From positions 4,403,973 through 4,467,972 of the forward strand of contig CAVUHL010000003.1 in the NCBI GenBank assembly GCA_963741305.1: a DNA stretch of 64,000 nt, given 5' to 3'. Origin of the DNA: an uncultured Holophagales bacterium (GTDB lineage Bacteria; Acidobacteriota; Thermoanaerobaculia; Multivoradales; UBA5704). Of the stretch, positions 38,013 through 47,971 are shown piece after piece (the first letter of the stretch is position 1; each line of letters starts with the position of its first letter). The notes beneath the pieces are model-generated. The model was not told the origin of the DNA and ran no database searches. It saw nothing but the letters and a program-made list of their open reading frames with translations. The position numbers and the translations under genes were made by a program.

Positions 38013-38533
38013 CTTTCCGTTTCCGGATTGAGGGCGTACTCGAACTCGTACGAGTGCTTGCCGCCCTCGATGATGATGTCCATCCTTCCCGTAAGGCCCA
38101 CCAATCTGCCGGTGCCGGAGTCCGGCACGACCGTGACCGACAATTGGGGCTCGCCGCGGTTCATGGTGCCGGTGTGCTGGAGCACGAAAGTGCCGGTGCG
38201 GCCATGCAGCGTGCCGTCGACCTGCTCCATCGCAACGTAACCGGCGGAACCCTTGACGGCCGTGCCCGCGGCCAGCATCTGACCCTTGCTGGTCGCCTCC
38301 AGGTCGCCGTGGAACTGCTTGTCGAGCAGCATCCTGCCTATCGGCGGATTCTCGGACCCGGTATCTGCCTCGGCAGGGGCGACCTGGGGTATCACCTTGA
38401 CCTCGAAGGTTCCTGTTGCGCGGCTCGTCATTACCGTCTCCGTTCGGATTGTGTCAGGGGTTGTCGAGGGGGCCTGCGTCGGCGCGCAGGAGCCCAGGAC
38501 CATGCACGCGACCAAGAACGCGGCTCCTCGCAT
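38009..38533 (-). CDS. DUF3224-family lipoprotein
   Basis: Lipobox LGSCAP. Conserved DUF3224 blocks (GTFEVKV, LEATSKGQML, GTFVLQHTG). Confidence 0.6.
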   Translation of the reverse strand: MRGAAFLVACMVLGSCAPTQAPSTTPDTIRTETVMTSRATGTFEVKVIPQVAPAEADTGSENPPIGRMLLDKQFHGDLEATSKGQMLAAGTAVKGSAGYVAMEQVDGTLHGRTGTFVLQHTGTMNRGEPQLSVTVVPDSGTGRLVGLTGRMDIIIEGGKHSYEFEYALNPETER

Positions 38534-38543
38534 GCCGGAGATC

Positions 38544-39248
38544 CTACTTCATCTCGAACCGCCCGGCCTCGATTTCCGGATTGACCTGCACCTTTTCCAC
38601 ATTCAGCGACACGTGCCGGATGGAGTACTCCTGGTCCTGGCGGTGAGCGATCACCAGTCCTTCCACTGGGCGGAAATCTGAGTAGTAGGTCCAGCGCTCC
38701 TTGGCCTCGGGCAGGTCGAGCGTGCGGTCGAAGCGCGCCAGCTCGAGGTGGGTGGAGGGGTCGAGGTACCACGTCTCCTCGAACCCGTCCTTCCGGGTCA
38801 CCTTGAGCTTGAGGGCGGGCTGGCCGTCGACCTCGTCCTTGCCGAGGAGCTCCACCTTGTTGCCCTTGGCAGCCGCATCCAGGAGAGGGCTCTCGAACTC
38901 GGCGGCGTGCCGGACGAGAACGGCCTCGGCCTCGGGGACCGCCGTCGGCTTCACGATCTCCATGATGGGATGGATCCACCAGGTGACCTTGCCATCGTGC
39001 CCGATCGTCATCTTCTGCCCGAGCAACGAATGTTCGAAACGGATGGAGTCGGGCCGCCGCCATTCGAAGACGAAGGGGACGGCGTCGCTGAAGATGACCT
39101 CGGTGCCGGTGACGATCAGCGAGCTCACGGCGCGCCACTTTTCGAGGCCGCCATGGGCTGCGGCGTGCTTCGCGAGCACTTCGTCGAGCGTTTGGGCTCC
39201 GGCCACCGGCGCGAGCAGGGAGAGGACCAGGAAGAGCCGGCCGATCAT
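38544..39248 (-). CDS. Secreted LolA-like / outer-membrane lipoprotein-sorting-like protein
   Basis: Signal peptide MIGRLFLVLSLLAPVAGAQ. Beta-rich composition. Confidence 0.45.
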   Translation of the reverse strand: MIGRLFLVLSLLAPVAGAQTLDEVLAKHAAAHGGLEKWRAVSSLIVTGTEVIFSDAVPFVFEWRRPDSIRFEHSLLGQKMTIGHDGKVTWWIHPIMEIVKPTAVPEAEAVLVRHAAEFESPLLDAAAKGNKVELLGKDEVDGQPALKLKVTRKDGFEETWYLDPSTHLELARFDRTLDLPEAKERWTYYSDFRPVEGLVIAHRQDQEYSIRHVSLNVEKVQVNPEIEAGRFEMK

Positions 39249-40519
39249 TGCATCCCCTTTGCCGCGGTTGTTCCCGTGGAGGGAGTCCGCACGTCGAGGA
39301 CGAGCATCTCGTCTTCATCCCGGAGATAGAGCCGGCCGTGGGAGAGCACCGGAGCGGTCCACGTCTTGCCCTCCATCACCTTGACCTTCCCCTTTTCCTG
39401 AAAGCCCGCGGGCGTAGCCTCGGCGAGGATGAGCTGTCCCTGGTCGCTGAGGATGTAAAGCAGACCGTCAGCCAGGATCAGCGAGCCCTTGCCGTAGCCG
39501 CGCTGGACCCACTTCTGCTCACCCGTCTGGGCCACGAGGCACTTGAGGCTCGCGTTGTCGAAGCCGTAGATGTGCCCCTCGTAGAGCACCGGGGAGCTGA
39601 AGTGATTCTTCATCAGCCGGTTGTTCCAGACTTCCTTGACCGTTCCACCCTCCGCTCCCTTGGCGACTTCCAGCAGGACGGCGCCCACGTCTTCCGATGC
39701 CGACGCGAAGATCCGGTTGGGCGGGAGGAACAGGGGGGAGGCGATGGCTCCCGTCTTCCAGGGGTACTTCCAGTAGATCTTGCCGTCCGGAAGGAGGGAG
39801 ACGATGTCGCCCTCGATCGTGCGGACGAACACATACTGCCGGACTCCGTCGATGGTCACGGCCAGGGGCGTCACATAGCCCGGCTTGCCGTCCAGGGCCG
39901 ACCAGAGGATCTTCCCGGTCTTCTTGTCCAGGCCCACGACCGCCTTCCCCTCTTTGCCGCCGGCCTCGAGGACCAGGAGGTCGCCGTCCACGAGCGGCGA
40001 TTGGGAGAACCCGCGGTTGGGCGTGGTGCTGCCCAGCTCCTTGACGAGGTCCAGCTCCCAGAGCCGGGCGCCGTCCTTGGTCTTCAGGGCGTGCAGCCGG
40101 CCCGTGGCGGAGAGCATGTAGACCACGTCTCCCTCCACCATGGGCGTCGAGCGCGGACCGTTGCCGAACGTTTCGGGGAAGACGGGACCGAGGGGAACGC
40201 GCCAGACCACCTCGCCATCCGACTCGCGCAGGCGGTAGGCCATTTCGTTCTCCCCCTCGGCCGCCATGGTGTAGAGGGCGTCGCCGGTCGCGGTCAAGCT
40301 GGAGAACCCGCTGCCGATCGGCTTCTTCCAGAGGACCTTCGGCCCGCTCTCCGGCCAGCTCCGGAGCATTCCCTTCTCGGCGGAGACGCCGTTCTGCTGC
40401 GGGCCACGGAACTGCGGCCAGTCCACCCCCTTGGACGGATCGGCCCCCGCGGACGGCGCCAGAACGGCCCCCAGGAGCAGGACGCTGACAGGAATGCCCA
40501 GGGAACACCACATCTTCAT
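39245..40519 (-). CDS. PQQ-repeat beta-propeller protein (BamB-like)
   Basis: Signal peptide, then repeated PQQ-like blades (GDVVYMLSATGRLHALKTKDGARLWE; GHIYGFD...LKCLVAQTGEQKW). Confidence 0.7.
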   Translation of the reverse strand: MKMWCSLGIPVSVLLLGAVLAPSAGADPSKGVDWPQFRGPQQNGVSAEKGMLRSWPESGPKVLWKKPIGSGFSSLTATGDALYTMAAEGENEMAYRLRESDGEVVWRVPLGPVFPETFGNGPRSTPMVEGDVVYMLSATGRLHALKTKDGARLWELDLVKELGSTTPNRGFSQSPLVDGDLLVLEAGGKEGKAVVGLDKKTGKILWSALDGKPGYVTPLAVTIDGVRQYVFVRTIEGDIVSLLPDGKIYWKYPWKTGAIASPLFLPPNRIFASASEDVGAVLLEVAKGAEGGTVKEVWNNRLMKNHFSSPVLYEGHIYGFDNASLKCLVAQTGEQKWVQRGYGKGSLILADGLLYILSDQGQLILAEATPAGFQEKGKVKVMEGKTWTAPVLSHGRLYLRDEDEMLVLDVRTPSTGTTAAKGMQ

Positions 40520-40578
40520 TGGATAGACCTCCTCTTCATGATGATGGGCCTTTGTACGGAGGAGCCTGCGGAAAGTTG

Positions 40579-40735
40579 CTGACCCTCACCCCCGTCCCCT
40601 CTCCCATCCGCACTCCCGTCCCCCGGGAGAGGGGCGCCCCCACCCAGAAGATTCAGATCCGGTTCCCCCCTCTCCCGGGCGGGTGTGAGTGCGGGCGGGA
40701 GAGGGGGCCAGGGGGTGAGGGTCCATGCTATCTTT
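40579..40735. repeat. Composite ~155-bp palindrome made of two inverted copies of the GGGAGAGGGG element (40579-40640 and 40659-40735)
   Basis: Arms are reverse-complementary, separated by an 18-bp loop. Right arm is ~92% identical to 26131-26197. Sits in the divergent promoter region between the PQQ gene and glnS. Confidence 0.8.
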
Positions 40736-40759
40736 CCGGGTTCCAAGAGGACCGCTGCA

Positions 40760-42778
40760 ATGACTGATACAGCCCCCATCACCCCCGGACGCGACTTCAT
40801 CCGCGAGAGGGTTGCCCAGGACCGCGCCGCCGGCAAGTGGGACGGCCGGGTGGTCACCCGTTTCCCCCCGGAGCCGAACGGCTATCCCCACATCGGCCAC
40901 GCCAAGTCGATCTGCCTCAACTTCGGCCTCGCGCTGGAAAACGGCGGGAGATGCCACCTTCGGCTGGACGACACCAATCCCGAGACCGAGAAGAAGGAGT
41001 ACGTCGACGCGATCCGGGAGTACGTGCGCTGGCTGGGCTTCGAATGGGGCGAGCACTTCTACCACACGTCGGACTACTTCGAGCAGCTCTACGACTTTGC
41101 CGTCGAGCTGATCCGCATGGGCAAGGCCTACGTGGACAGCCTGAACGAGGACGAGATCCGCGAGTACCGGGGCACCGTCACCGAGCCCGGTCGGAACAGC
41201 CCGTACCGCGACCGCTCCGTCGAGGAGAACCTCGACCTCTTCGCCCGCATGCGGGCCGGCGAGTTCCCGGACGGCGCCCACGTGCTGCGCGGCAAGATCG
41301 ACATGTCCTCGCCCAACATGAAGATGCGCGACCCGCTCTTCTACCGCATCAAGCACGCCACCCACTACCACCGCGGCGACGCCTGGTGCATCTATCCGTT
41401 CTATGACTTTGCCCACCCGCTCTCGGATGCGATCGAGGGCATCACCCATTCGCTCTGCACCCTGGAGTTTGAGAACAACCGGGACATCTACGACTGGCTG
41501 GTCGACACCCTGCCCTTCCCCGAGCCGCCGCGGCAGATCGAGTTTGCCCGCCTGAACCTCTCCTACACGGTGATGAGCAAGCGCAAGCTCCTGGATCTCG
41601 TCACGCGCAAGCTCGTCTCGGGCTGGGACGATCCCCGTCTGCCCACCCTCGCCGGCCTGCGCCGCCGCGGCTTCACCCCCGCGGCGATCCGCGACCTCTG
41701 CGACAGGGTCGGCGTCGCCAGGGCGAACAGCACCGTGGATGTCAACTTCCTGGAGCACTGCCAGCGGGAGGACTTGAACCCCCAGGTCCCGCGAGTGATG
41801 TGCGTGCTGCGGCCTCTGAAGCTGGTGATCGAGAACTACCCCGAGGGCCTCGCCGAGGAGCTCGACGCGCCGTTCTATCCGCGCGACGTGCCCAAGGAGG
41901 GAGAGCGGAAGGTGCCCTTCTCGCACGTCCTCTACATCGAGCAGGACGACTTCGCGGAGGACCCGCCGAAGGGATTCCACCGCCTCTCCCCCGGCCGCGA
42001 GGTACGGCTGCGCTACGCCTACATCATCCGCTGCGAAAGCGTGGTCAAGGACCCTGCGACCGGCGAGGTCGTCGAGGTCCGCTGCACCTACGACCCTGCC
42101 TCCCGCGGCGGTTCAGCCGCGGACGGCCGCAAAGTGCCCGGTACTGTGCATTGGGTTTCAGCGGACCATTCGGTGCCAGTCGAGGTAAGGGTTTACGACC
42201 GCCTCTTCAAGGTCGAGCGCCCGGACCTGGAAGAAGGCGCCATCGATGCCACCCTCAATCCCGACTCCCTCGAAACGCTCACGGAAAGCCGCCTGGAGCC
42301 GGCGGCGGCGGACCCGGCGCTGGGAGAGCGGCTGCAGTTCGAGCGGCAGGGCTACTTCTTCCGCGATCCGGTCGATTCAAAGCCCGACCGTCTCGTCTTC
42401 AACCGCATCGTGCCACTCCGGGACTCCTGGGCGCCGGAAGCGCAGAAGCAGGCGCCAGCTCCCACCCCGCAGAAATCGCCGCCCGAGCCGAAGAAAGAAA
42501 AGGTCAAGGAAGAGAAGGCTCCCGAGCCGCTCACGCCCGAGGAGTTGGAGCTGCTGGAGCAGTTGCGTCCCACGCTGCTGCCCGTCATCGAGGGAGTGAT
42601 CGCCGCGCACCCCAAGGAAGTCGAGCGCTACCGTTCCGGGCAGACCGGCATCCTCGGCTTCCTTGTGGCTCAGGTGATGAAGCAGGGGGCGCAGGGTGGC
42701 GGTGGTAAGCCTAATCCCAAGCTGGTCAATGCGATGCTGACCGGGGAGCTGGGCCGACAGGCGCCTGAGGCCTTATAG
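40760..42778 (+). CDS. glnS: Glutaminyl-tRNA synthetase with appended C-terminal GatB/YqeY-like domain
   Basis: HIGH motif ([12 protein letters not shown]) and MSK-type motif (VMSKRKL). ~120-aa C-terminal extension: Lys/Pro-rich linker plus [27 protein letters not shown]...[11 protein letters not shown], closely matching the GatB/YqeY C-terminal domain. Confidence 0.9.
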   Translation: MTDTAPITPGRDFIRERVAQDRAAGKWDGRVVTRFPPEPNGYPHIGHAKSICLNFGLALENGGRCHLRLDDTNPETEKKEYVDAIREYVRWLGFEWGEHFYHTSDYFEQLYDFAVELIRMGKAYVDSLNEDEIREYRGTVTEPGRNSPYRDRSVEENLDLFARMRAGEFPDGAHVLRGKIDMSSPNMKMRDPLFYRIKHATHYHRGDAWCIYPFYDFAHPLSDAIEGITHSLCTLEFENNRDIYDWLVDTLPFPEPPRQIEFARLNLSYTVMSKRKLLDLVTRKLVSGWDDPRLPTLAGLRRRGFTPAAIRDLCDRVGVARANSTVDVNFLEHCQREDLNPQVPRVMCVLRPLKLVIENYPEGLAEELDAPFYPRDVPKEGERKVPFSHVLYIEQDDFAEDPPKGFHRLSPGREVRLRYAYIIRCESVVKDPATGEVVEVRCTYDPASRGGSAADGRKVPGTVHWVSADHSVPVEVRVYDRLFKVERPDLEEGAIDATLNPDSLETLTESRLEPAAADPALGERLQFERQGYFFRDPVDSKPDRLVFNRIVPLRDSWAPEAQKQAPAPTPQKSPPEPKKEKVKEEKAPEPLTPEELELLEQLRPTLLPVIEGVIAAHPKEVERYRSGQTGILGFLVAQVMKQGAQGGGGKPNPKLVNAMLTGELGRQAPEAL

Positions 42779-42831
42779 ATCCGAGCCGCTTCTGATTGCC
42801 GCTGCGGCTCCATCGGCGTATCATCTTGACG

Positions 42832-43080
42832 ATGAAGACAACCCTCAATCTTGACGACGACGTGTATGAAGCAGCGCGGGCGCGCGCGCAGGCGACCGGC
42901 AAGCCGCTCGGCCGTGTACTGTCGGAGATGGCTCGGCAGGCGCTCCAATCCTCCGGACCAAGGTCTAAGCGGGCGGCGAGGGGAACTTCTCGCTTTCCTG
43001 CCTTCGAGGTGCCGGCAGACGCCCAGATGATTCCGGCCTCGCGCGTTCAGAAAGCCCTCGACGAGGATGGCATCGTCTGA
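42832..43080 (+). CDS. vapB: VapB-type antitoxin (Rv0623/PSK-like)
   Basis: MKTTLNLDDDVYEAARARAQATGKPLGRVL matches the Rv0623-like antitoxin N-terminus. Overlaps the vapC start. Confidence 0.65.
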   Translation: MKTTLNLDDDVYEAARARAQATGKPLGRVLSEMARQALQSSGPRSKRAARGTSRFPAFEVPADAQMIPASRVQKALDEDGIV

Positions 43081-43510
43081 GAACCGACCGCTTCTGCTGG
43101 ATGTCAATGCCCTGCTGGCATTGGCTTGGCCAAATCACCAGTTCCACGACGCGATTCTGCTGCGACTCGAACGGCGACCGGAGCCGCGATGGGCGACCTG
43201 CGCACTGACTCAGCTCGGTTTCGTGCGTCTGTCCTCCAACCCAAACATCGTGGAGGTGCGCAAGACTCCGGCCGAGGCGGTCGCTTTGCTAGCGGATCTA
43301 ACCCGCGATCAGCAGCATGTCTATCTGGAAACCTTGCCTGCCCTTCCCGATACGGCGAGAGTATTCCGTCAGCTTTTCGGCCATCAGCAGGTGACGGATG
43401 CCTACTTGCTCGGGGTTGCTGAAGCGAGCGGCGCGACGCTCCTGACGTTCGATCGGCGTATGGTGCCGCCCGGCAAGACAAGTGCCCACGTCGAAATCGT
43501 AATTCCCTAA
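43067..43510 (+). CDS. vapC: PIN-domain VapC-type toxin
   Basis: LLLDVNALLALAW (first acidic residue) and later acidic residues. ~147 aa. Paired with the upstream antitoxin. Confidence 0.65.
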   Translation: MASSENRPLLLDVNALLALAWPNHQFHDAILLRLERRPEPRWATCALTQLGFVRLSSNPNIVEVRKTPAEAVALLADLTRDQQHVYLETLPALPDTARVFRQLFGHQQVTDAYLLGVAEASGATLLTFDRRMVPPGKTSAHVEIVIP

Positions 43511-45180
43511 GGAACGCTGCCGCTCGGAGCCTGCTCACCCCTCGGTGCTCTCATGTCCCTTCCGTTCTGATGCAGAACGACCGCGACGACCTTGCCGGCC
43601 GCGTTGCGCTCGAAGGTCAGCTCCGCTTTGACTACATCGTACTCGAACCGGTCCTTTCCGATGGCGAACACCGGGAATGCCGGCTGCCCCGTAAGCGTCA
43701 CCAGGAGAACCACCTCGGGCGGGGGCGTGGTGCGCACGGAGATCGTGGCCGCGTGCAGGAACTGGCCGAAGTCGTACTCCCCCACGTACTCCGCAAGCGT
43801 AGCGGCGCCGGGGAACTCGATGTGCGGCGCCGGACCTTCCTCGCGGATGGCAGGAAGGTCACGGCCGTTCTGGTGCAACGTCAAGCTTTTGATCTTGCCC
43901 GATGCGTCGCGATGGAAACTGAGCTGCGCGTCCACGATCTTGTAGAAAAACTCATCCTTTGCGGAAGCGAAGAGCGGAACAAACGGCTGGCCGGTGAGCC
44001 GCGCGACCAGGCCCTCACCTCGGCGAAGCAGCGTGAAGCGCGCCGACGAGTCGATGGCGTATACACCCACGTACTCGTCGAGCGCCTCGGCCGGTAACGC
44101 GACTTCCGAACGCTTCACGGGCTCGCGCCCCGCCGCCTGCCAGGCCGAGAGCAACGCTTGCGGCTCCGCCGCGGCGTTGCTCGCCAGCACGACAACGGCA
44201 CGGCCGCTGCCTGGGCGAACCTGGATCGTGCTCCGAAAGCCTCCCGTCCCGCCGTCGTGCAGGTAGGTGTCCTCGCCATGGTCCTTCACCTGGATGAGCG
44301 CCAGGCCGATCTTGCCGCCCACGCCCGGCATTTCCGCGTGGCCGGCGGCGAGCAGAGGCCAGACGTGCCCCAGCGGACCCTTGGCTCCCGCGAGCAGCGC
44401 GTCCGCGAATTTGCTCATGTCAGCGAGAGTCGAGCGCAGGGCACCTGCTCCGGCGATGGCCTTGAGCGTCCACGGGTGCGCCCGCTCGGCGCCATTCCAG
44501 GGCTCGGCGAAACGCGAGCGTTGCGCCTCCGAAAGCTCCTGCACCGTGTCGGTCATGCCGAGCGGAGCGGCGATCTTCTCCCGCACCAGCTCCGCCCATG
44601 GCTTGCCCCAGGCCGTCTCGAGGACGACGCCGAGGATGCCGAAGCCTAAATTTGAGTAGGCGACGGCACAGGGCGGCTTCCCCTCGAGCTTCGCACTGGC
44701 GAGATACTCGAACAACGCCCGGTTGTCATACTTGGCGTAGGGGTCGTCGGCATCACCGTTCAAGTTGTCAGGCAGCCGCGGCAGACAAGAAGTGTGAGTC
44801 GCCAGTTGCTTGAGCGTCACGGTACCAATGGCAGGATCAGCGAACTTCACGGGCAGGCGCTGGGCGAGCGTGTCGTCGAGCCCGAGCTTGCCGGCCTGCA
44901 CGGCGTCGGCGAGCAGGATGCCGGTGAAGACCTTGCTGATGGAGCCGATCTCGAAGATCACCCGCTCGGCCGGGACCTGCGCCTGCCCGGCCGCGAACGG
45001 CTGGCCCGCCATTGCGAAGGTCCACTTGCCGTCGCGCTTCTCGGCCGTGGCTATGGCGCCATGGGCGCCATGGCCGAGGCTCGCGGCCCAAGCCGCGGCC
45101 TGTTCTCCGAGCGGCGGCAGCTCGGCGGCACCCGCCGCTCTGCCCAGGGAAAGCAGCAGAAAAATGATGAGCGTTCGCAT
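43507..45180 (-). CDS. Secreted serine hydrolase (beta-lactamase family) with two C-terminal DUF3471-like domains
   Basis: Signal peptide. SxxK motif (GSISKVFTG). YSN-like motif (AYSNLG). Duplicated C-terminal beta-sandwich modules (GVYAID.../GEYDFGQ...). Confidence 0.75.
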   Translation of the reverse strand: MRTLIIFLLLSLGRAAGAAELPPLGEQAAAWAASLGHGAHGAIATAEKRDGKWTFAMAGQPFAAGQAQVPAERVIFEIGSISKVFTGILLADAVQAGKLGLDDTLAQRLPVKFADPAIGTVTLKQLATHTSCLPRLPDNLNGDADDPYAKYDNRALFEYLASAKLEGKPPCAVAYSNLGFGILGVVLETAWGKPWAELVREKIAAPLGMTDTVQELSEAQRSRFAEPWNGAERAHPWTLKAIAGAGALRSTLADMSKFADALLAGAKGPLGHVWPLLAAGHAEMPGVGGKIGLALIQVKDHGEDTYLHDGGTGGFRSTIQVRPGSGRAVVVLASNAAAEPQALLSAWQAAGREPVKRSEVALPAEALDEYVGVYAIDSSARFTLLRRGEGLVARLTGQPFVPLFASAKDEFFYKIVDAQLSFHRDASGKIKSLTLHQNGRDLPAIREEGPAPHIEFPGAATLAEYVGEYDFGQFLHAATISVRTTPPPEVVLLVTLTGQPAFPVFAIGKDRFEYDVVKAELTFERNAAGKVVAVVLHQNGRDMRAPRGEQAPSGSVP

Positions 45181-45293
45181 AAGTTCAGTTTACCAGATCG
45201 CACCGAAACTTCATCACCGGTTCATACAGCCTCCATCTATGAACCGCATGCTCCTCTTGTGGCAAGGCATTCCGCCTGCCCAGGAGGAAAACA

Positions 45294-47264
45294 ATGACAC
45301 GGTCGTGGAAGGCAGTCTCCCTGGTCCTCTGGCTGGCGCTCGTGTTTGCACGTCCCGGCGCCGCCGACGACGAGGCGAACGCGGACGAAACTCTGTCGCC
45401 GTACTTCTTCGTCGAGAACGGCGATCCCGAGGTCGACCGGCTGCCGCTCAAGGAAACGAGGGCCGACGTCCGCATCGCGGGCGTCATCGCCGACGTCGTG
45501 GTCACGCAGGTCTACCGCAACGAGGGCACCCACCCCTTGAATGCGAAGTACGTGTTCCCGGCCTCGACACGGGCCGCGGTGCATGGAATGACGCTGCAGA
45601 TCGGCGAGCATCGCATTCAGGCGAAGATCCGCGAGAAGAAACAAGCACAGCAGGAGTTCGACACGGCTCGCAACGAGGGTAAGAGCGCGGCATTGCTCGA
45701 ACAGCAGCGGCCCAATGTCTTCAGCATGAACGTGGCCAACGTCATGCCGCAGGACGAGATCCGGGTCGAGCTTCATTACAGTGAGCTTCTCGTGCCGACC
45801 GAGGGCACCTATGAGTTCGTCTACCCCACCGTCGTCGGCCCTCGTTATCAGGGTCAGCCGGAGCCGGACGACAGCTGGGTGAAGAGCCCTTATCTGCACC
45901 AGGGAGCCCCCCCGTCCTACAAGCTGGAGATCCAGACGCGCATCGCGGCCGGCATGCCGCTCCAGGAACTGCTCTGCCCGACCCACAAGACGATCGTCGA
46001 TTGGGAAAACGACAGCTCGGCCCGGGTCACGCTGGATCCGGAAGAAGCGAACGGCGGCAACCGTGACTACATCCTGCGCTATCGCCTCCAGGGCCAGCAG
46101 GTGCAGACCGGACTGCTGCTCTATCCGGGCAAGGATGAAAACTTTTTCCTGCTGATGGTACAGCCGCCGCAACGGGTGGAGACCGGACAGATCCCGCCGC
46201 GCGAGTACATCTTCGTCCTCGACGTGTCCGGCTCCATGCACGGTTTTCCGCTTGACACGGCGAAGGTGCTGATGCGGGAGCTCATCGGTGGCCTGCGACC
46301 GACCGACAGCTTCAACGTGATCCTGTTCTCGGGTGGTTCGCGCCTGCTCGCGCCGAGATCGCTGCCCGCTACGGCGGCGAACGTCAGCCATGCGATCGCA
46401 GAGATCAGCCGCGAATCGGGAGGTGGGGGGACGGAGCTCGGCCAAGCTCTGGACCAAGCCTTGGCGCTGCCGGGAAACGACGGTGTTTCGCGCACCACGA
46501 TCGTCGTCACCGATGGTTTCATCTCGGCGGAGGCCAGCGTCTTCGATGGGATCCGGAAGAATCTGAACCGTTCGAACCTGTTCGCCTTCGGCATCGGCAG
46601 CTCCGTCAACCGCCACCTCATCGAGGGCATGGCGCACGCCGGGCAGGGCGAGCCGTTCGTCGCCATCGACGGCGACGAGGCGAAGGAGGTTGCGAAGCGC
46701 TTCCAGGAATACGTGCAGTCACCGGCGCTCACGGATATTGCGGTCCACACCGAGGGCTTCGAAACGTATGACATCGAGCCGTTGTCTATACCTGACCTGT
46801 TCGCGGATCGTCCGCTGGTGGTCTTCGGCAAATGGCGTGGCCAGCCGACTGGCACGATCCACGTCACCGGCGTTGGCGGCGAGGGTGATTACAAAAAGGT
46901 TTTCGACGTGACGGAGGTGGAATCCTCGGAGGACAACCGGGCGTTGCGCTACTTGTGGGCACGTGAGAGGGTGAGGCGCCTTTCGGATCATGGACCCGAA
47001 GACGACGAGACCCGCCTTGCAGTCACGGAGCTTGGATTGAATTACGAGCTGCTGACCCGGTACACATCCTTCATCGCGGTGCACGATGTGGTCCGGAACC
47101 TGAACGGCCAGGCGAAGAACGTCGCTCAGCCTCTGCCCCTGCCGCAGGGCGTCGAGGATACTGCCGTCGATGCCGTCGCCGTTCCCGAGCCTGAGCTGCC
47201 GATGCTATTGGTGCTCATTCTCTTGCTCCTCGGCCTGACACGTGTGAGGCGGGTGTGGAGCTGA
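45294..47264 (+). CDS. VIT + von Willebrand factor A domain protein with PEP-CTERM sorting signal
   Basis: Signal peptide. N-terminal VIT domain. vWA MIDAS motif DVSGSM. C-terminus AVPEPELPMLLVLILLLLGLTRVRRVWS is a PEP motif, a TM helix and basic residues. Confidence 0.8.
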   Translation: MTRSWKAVSLVLWLALVFARPGAADDEANADETLSPYFFVENGDPEVDRLPLKETRADVRIAGVIADVVVTQVYRNEGTHPLNAKYVFPASTRAAVHGMTLQIGEHRIQAKIREKKQAQQEFDTARNEGKSAALLEQQRPNVFSMNVANVMPQDEIRVELHYSELLVPTEGTYEFVYPTVVGPRYQGQPEPDDSWVKSPYLHQGAPPSYKLEIQTRIAAGMPLQELLCPTHKTIVDWENDSSARVTLDPEEANGGNRDYILRYRLQGQQVQTGLLLYPGKDENFFLLMVQPPQRVETGQIPPREYIFVLDVSGSMHGFPLDTAKVLMRELIGGLRPTDSFNVILFSGGSRLLAPRSLPATAANVSHAIAEISRESGGGGTELGQALDQALALPGNDGVSRTTIVVTDGFISAEASVFDGIRKNLNRSNLFAFGIGSSVNRHLIEGMAHAGQGEPFVAIDGDEAKEVAKRFQEYVQSPALTDIAVHTEGFETYDIEPLSIPDLFADRPLVVFGKWRGQPTGTIHVTGVGGEGDYKKVFDVTEVESSEDNRALRYLWARERVRRLSDHGPEDDETRLAVTELGLNYELLTRYTSFIAVHDVVRNLNGQAKNVAQPLPLPQGVEDTAVDAVAVPEPELPMLLVLILLLLGLTRVRRVWS

Positions 47265-47971
47265 GACGTCTTCCCTGGGTATCCTGGGGGGCGGCGATGC
47301 TCGCGGCATATGGTTTGAAGTTATCCTACAGTCGGTCCGCGGCCGAGGATCTCGCGTGGATCCTCGGGCCGACGGCCCACGCTGTCGGGTGGCTGCGCGG
47401 CGAAACGCTCACGTTGAGCCCCGGCGCCGGTTGGATGGCACCGGATGGCTCGTACGTCATCGCTCCGGCCTGCGCCGGGGTGAACTTCATGATCCTCGTG
47501 CTGACCGTCGCGGTGCTCGGCTTCGCTCATCGGCTGCGCTCCCCCGGGCAGCGGCTGTGCTGGTGGATCGGCTCGCTCTCCGGAGCCTACGTCCTTACGA
47601 TCGCCGTCAACACGCTGCGCATTCTGGCTGCCGTGGAGCTGTACAGGGTCGGACCCGTCACGTGGCTCACCCGGGAGCAGGAGCACAGGCTCCTCGGCAC
47701 GGTGTTGTACCTGGGCGTTCTCTGGGCGGTCTTCGCGGTCCTCGACAGGAACACCGGGCAGGCGGGGCAGGGTGCCCATTCCAGGCTCGCTCTCCTGGTC
47801 CCGGGCGCCTACCTCGGAATGACCGTGGTGGTGCCACTCGTGAATGGCCACTCGGGCGGCCAGTACGCCGAACATGCCATGATGGTGTCCCTGGCCACGC
47901 TCTTGCTCTGCGTGATCATGATCGGGAGAAAACGTGATGGACAAACCGACCATCCTGGTCGTAGAGGATGA
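47255..47971 (+). CDS. Exosortase-family transmembrane protease (short form; XrtN-like by context)
   Basis: Conserved Cys in APACAGVNFM and the N-x-x-R motif VNTLRIL. Multi-pass membrane protein. Directly follows its PEP-CTERM substrate candidate. Confidence 0.6.
   Translation: MELRRLPWVSWGAAMLAAYGLKLSYSRSAAEDLAWILGPTAHAVGWLRGETLTLSPGAGWMAPDGSYVIAPACAGVNFMILVLTVAVLGFAHRLRSPGQRLCWWIGSLSGAYVLTIAVNTLRILAAVELYRVGPVTWLTREQEHRLLGTVLYLGVLWAVFAVLDRNTGQAGQGAHSRLALLVPGAYLGMTVVVPLVNGHSGGQYAEHAMMVSLATLLLCVIMIGRKRDGQTDHPGRRG

Noticed and set aside
40685-40759. Upstream extension of glnS ([25 protein letters not shown]) and ORFs 40516..40857(-), 40519..40767(+)
   Set aside because: These lie within the palindromic GGGAGAGGGG element, where GGGGAGAGGG translates as Gly/Arg in all frames. 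The real glnS start is ATG 40760 with an AAGAGGA RBS.
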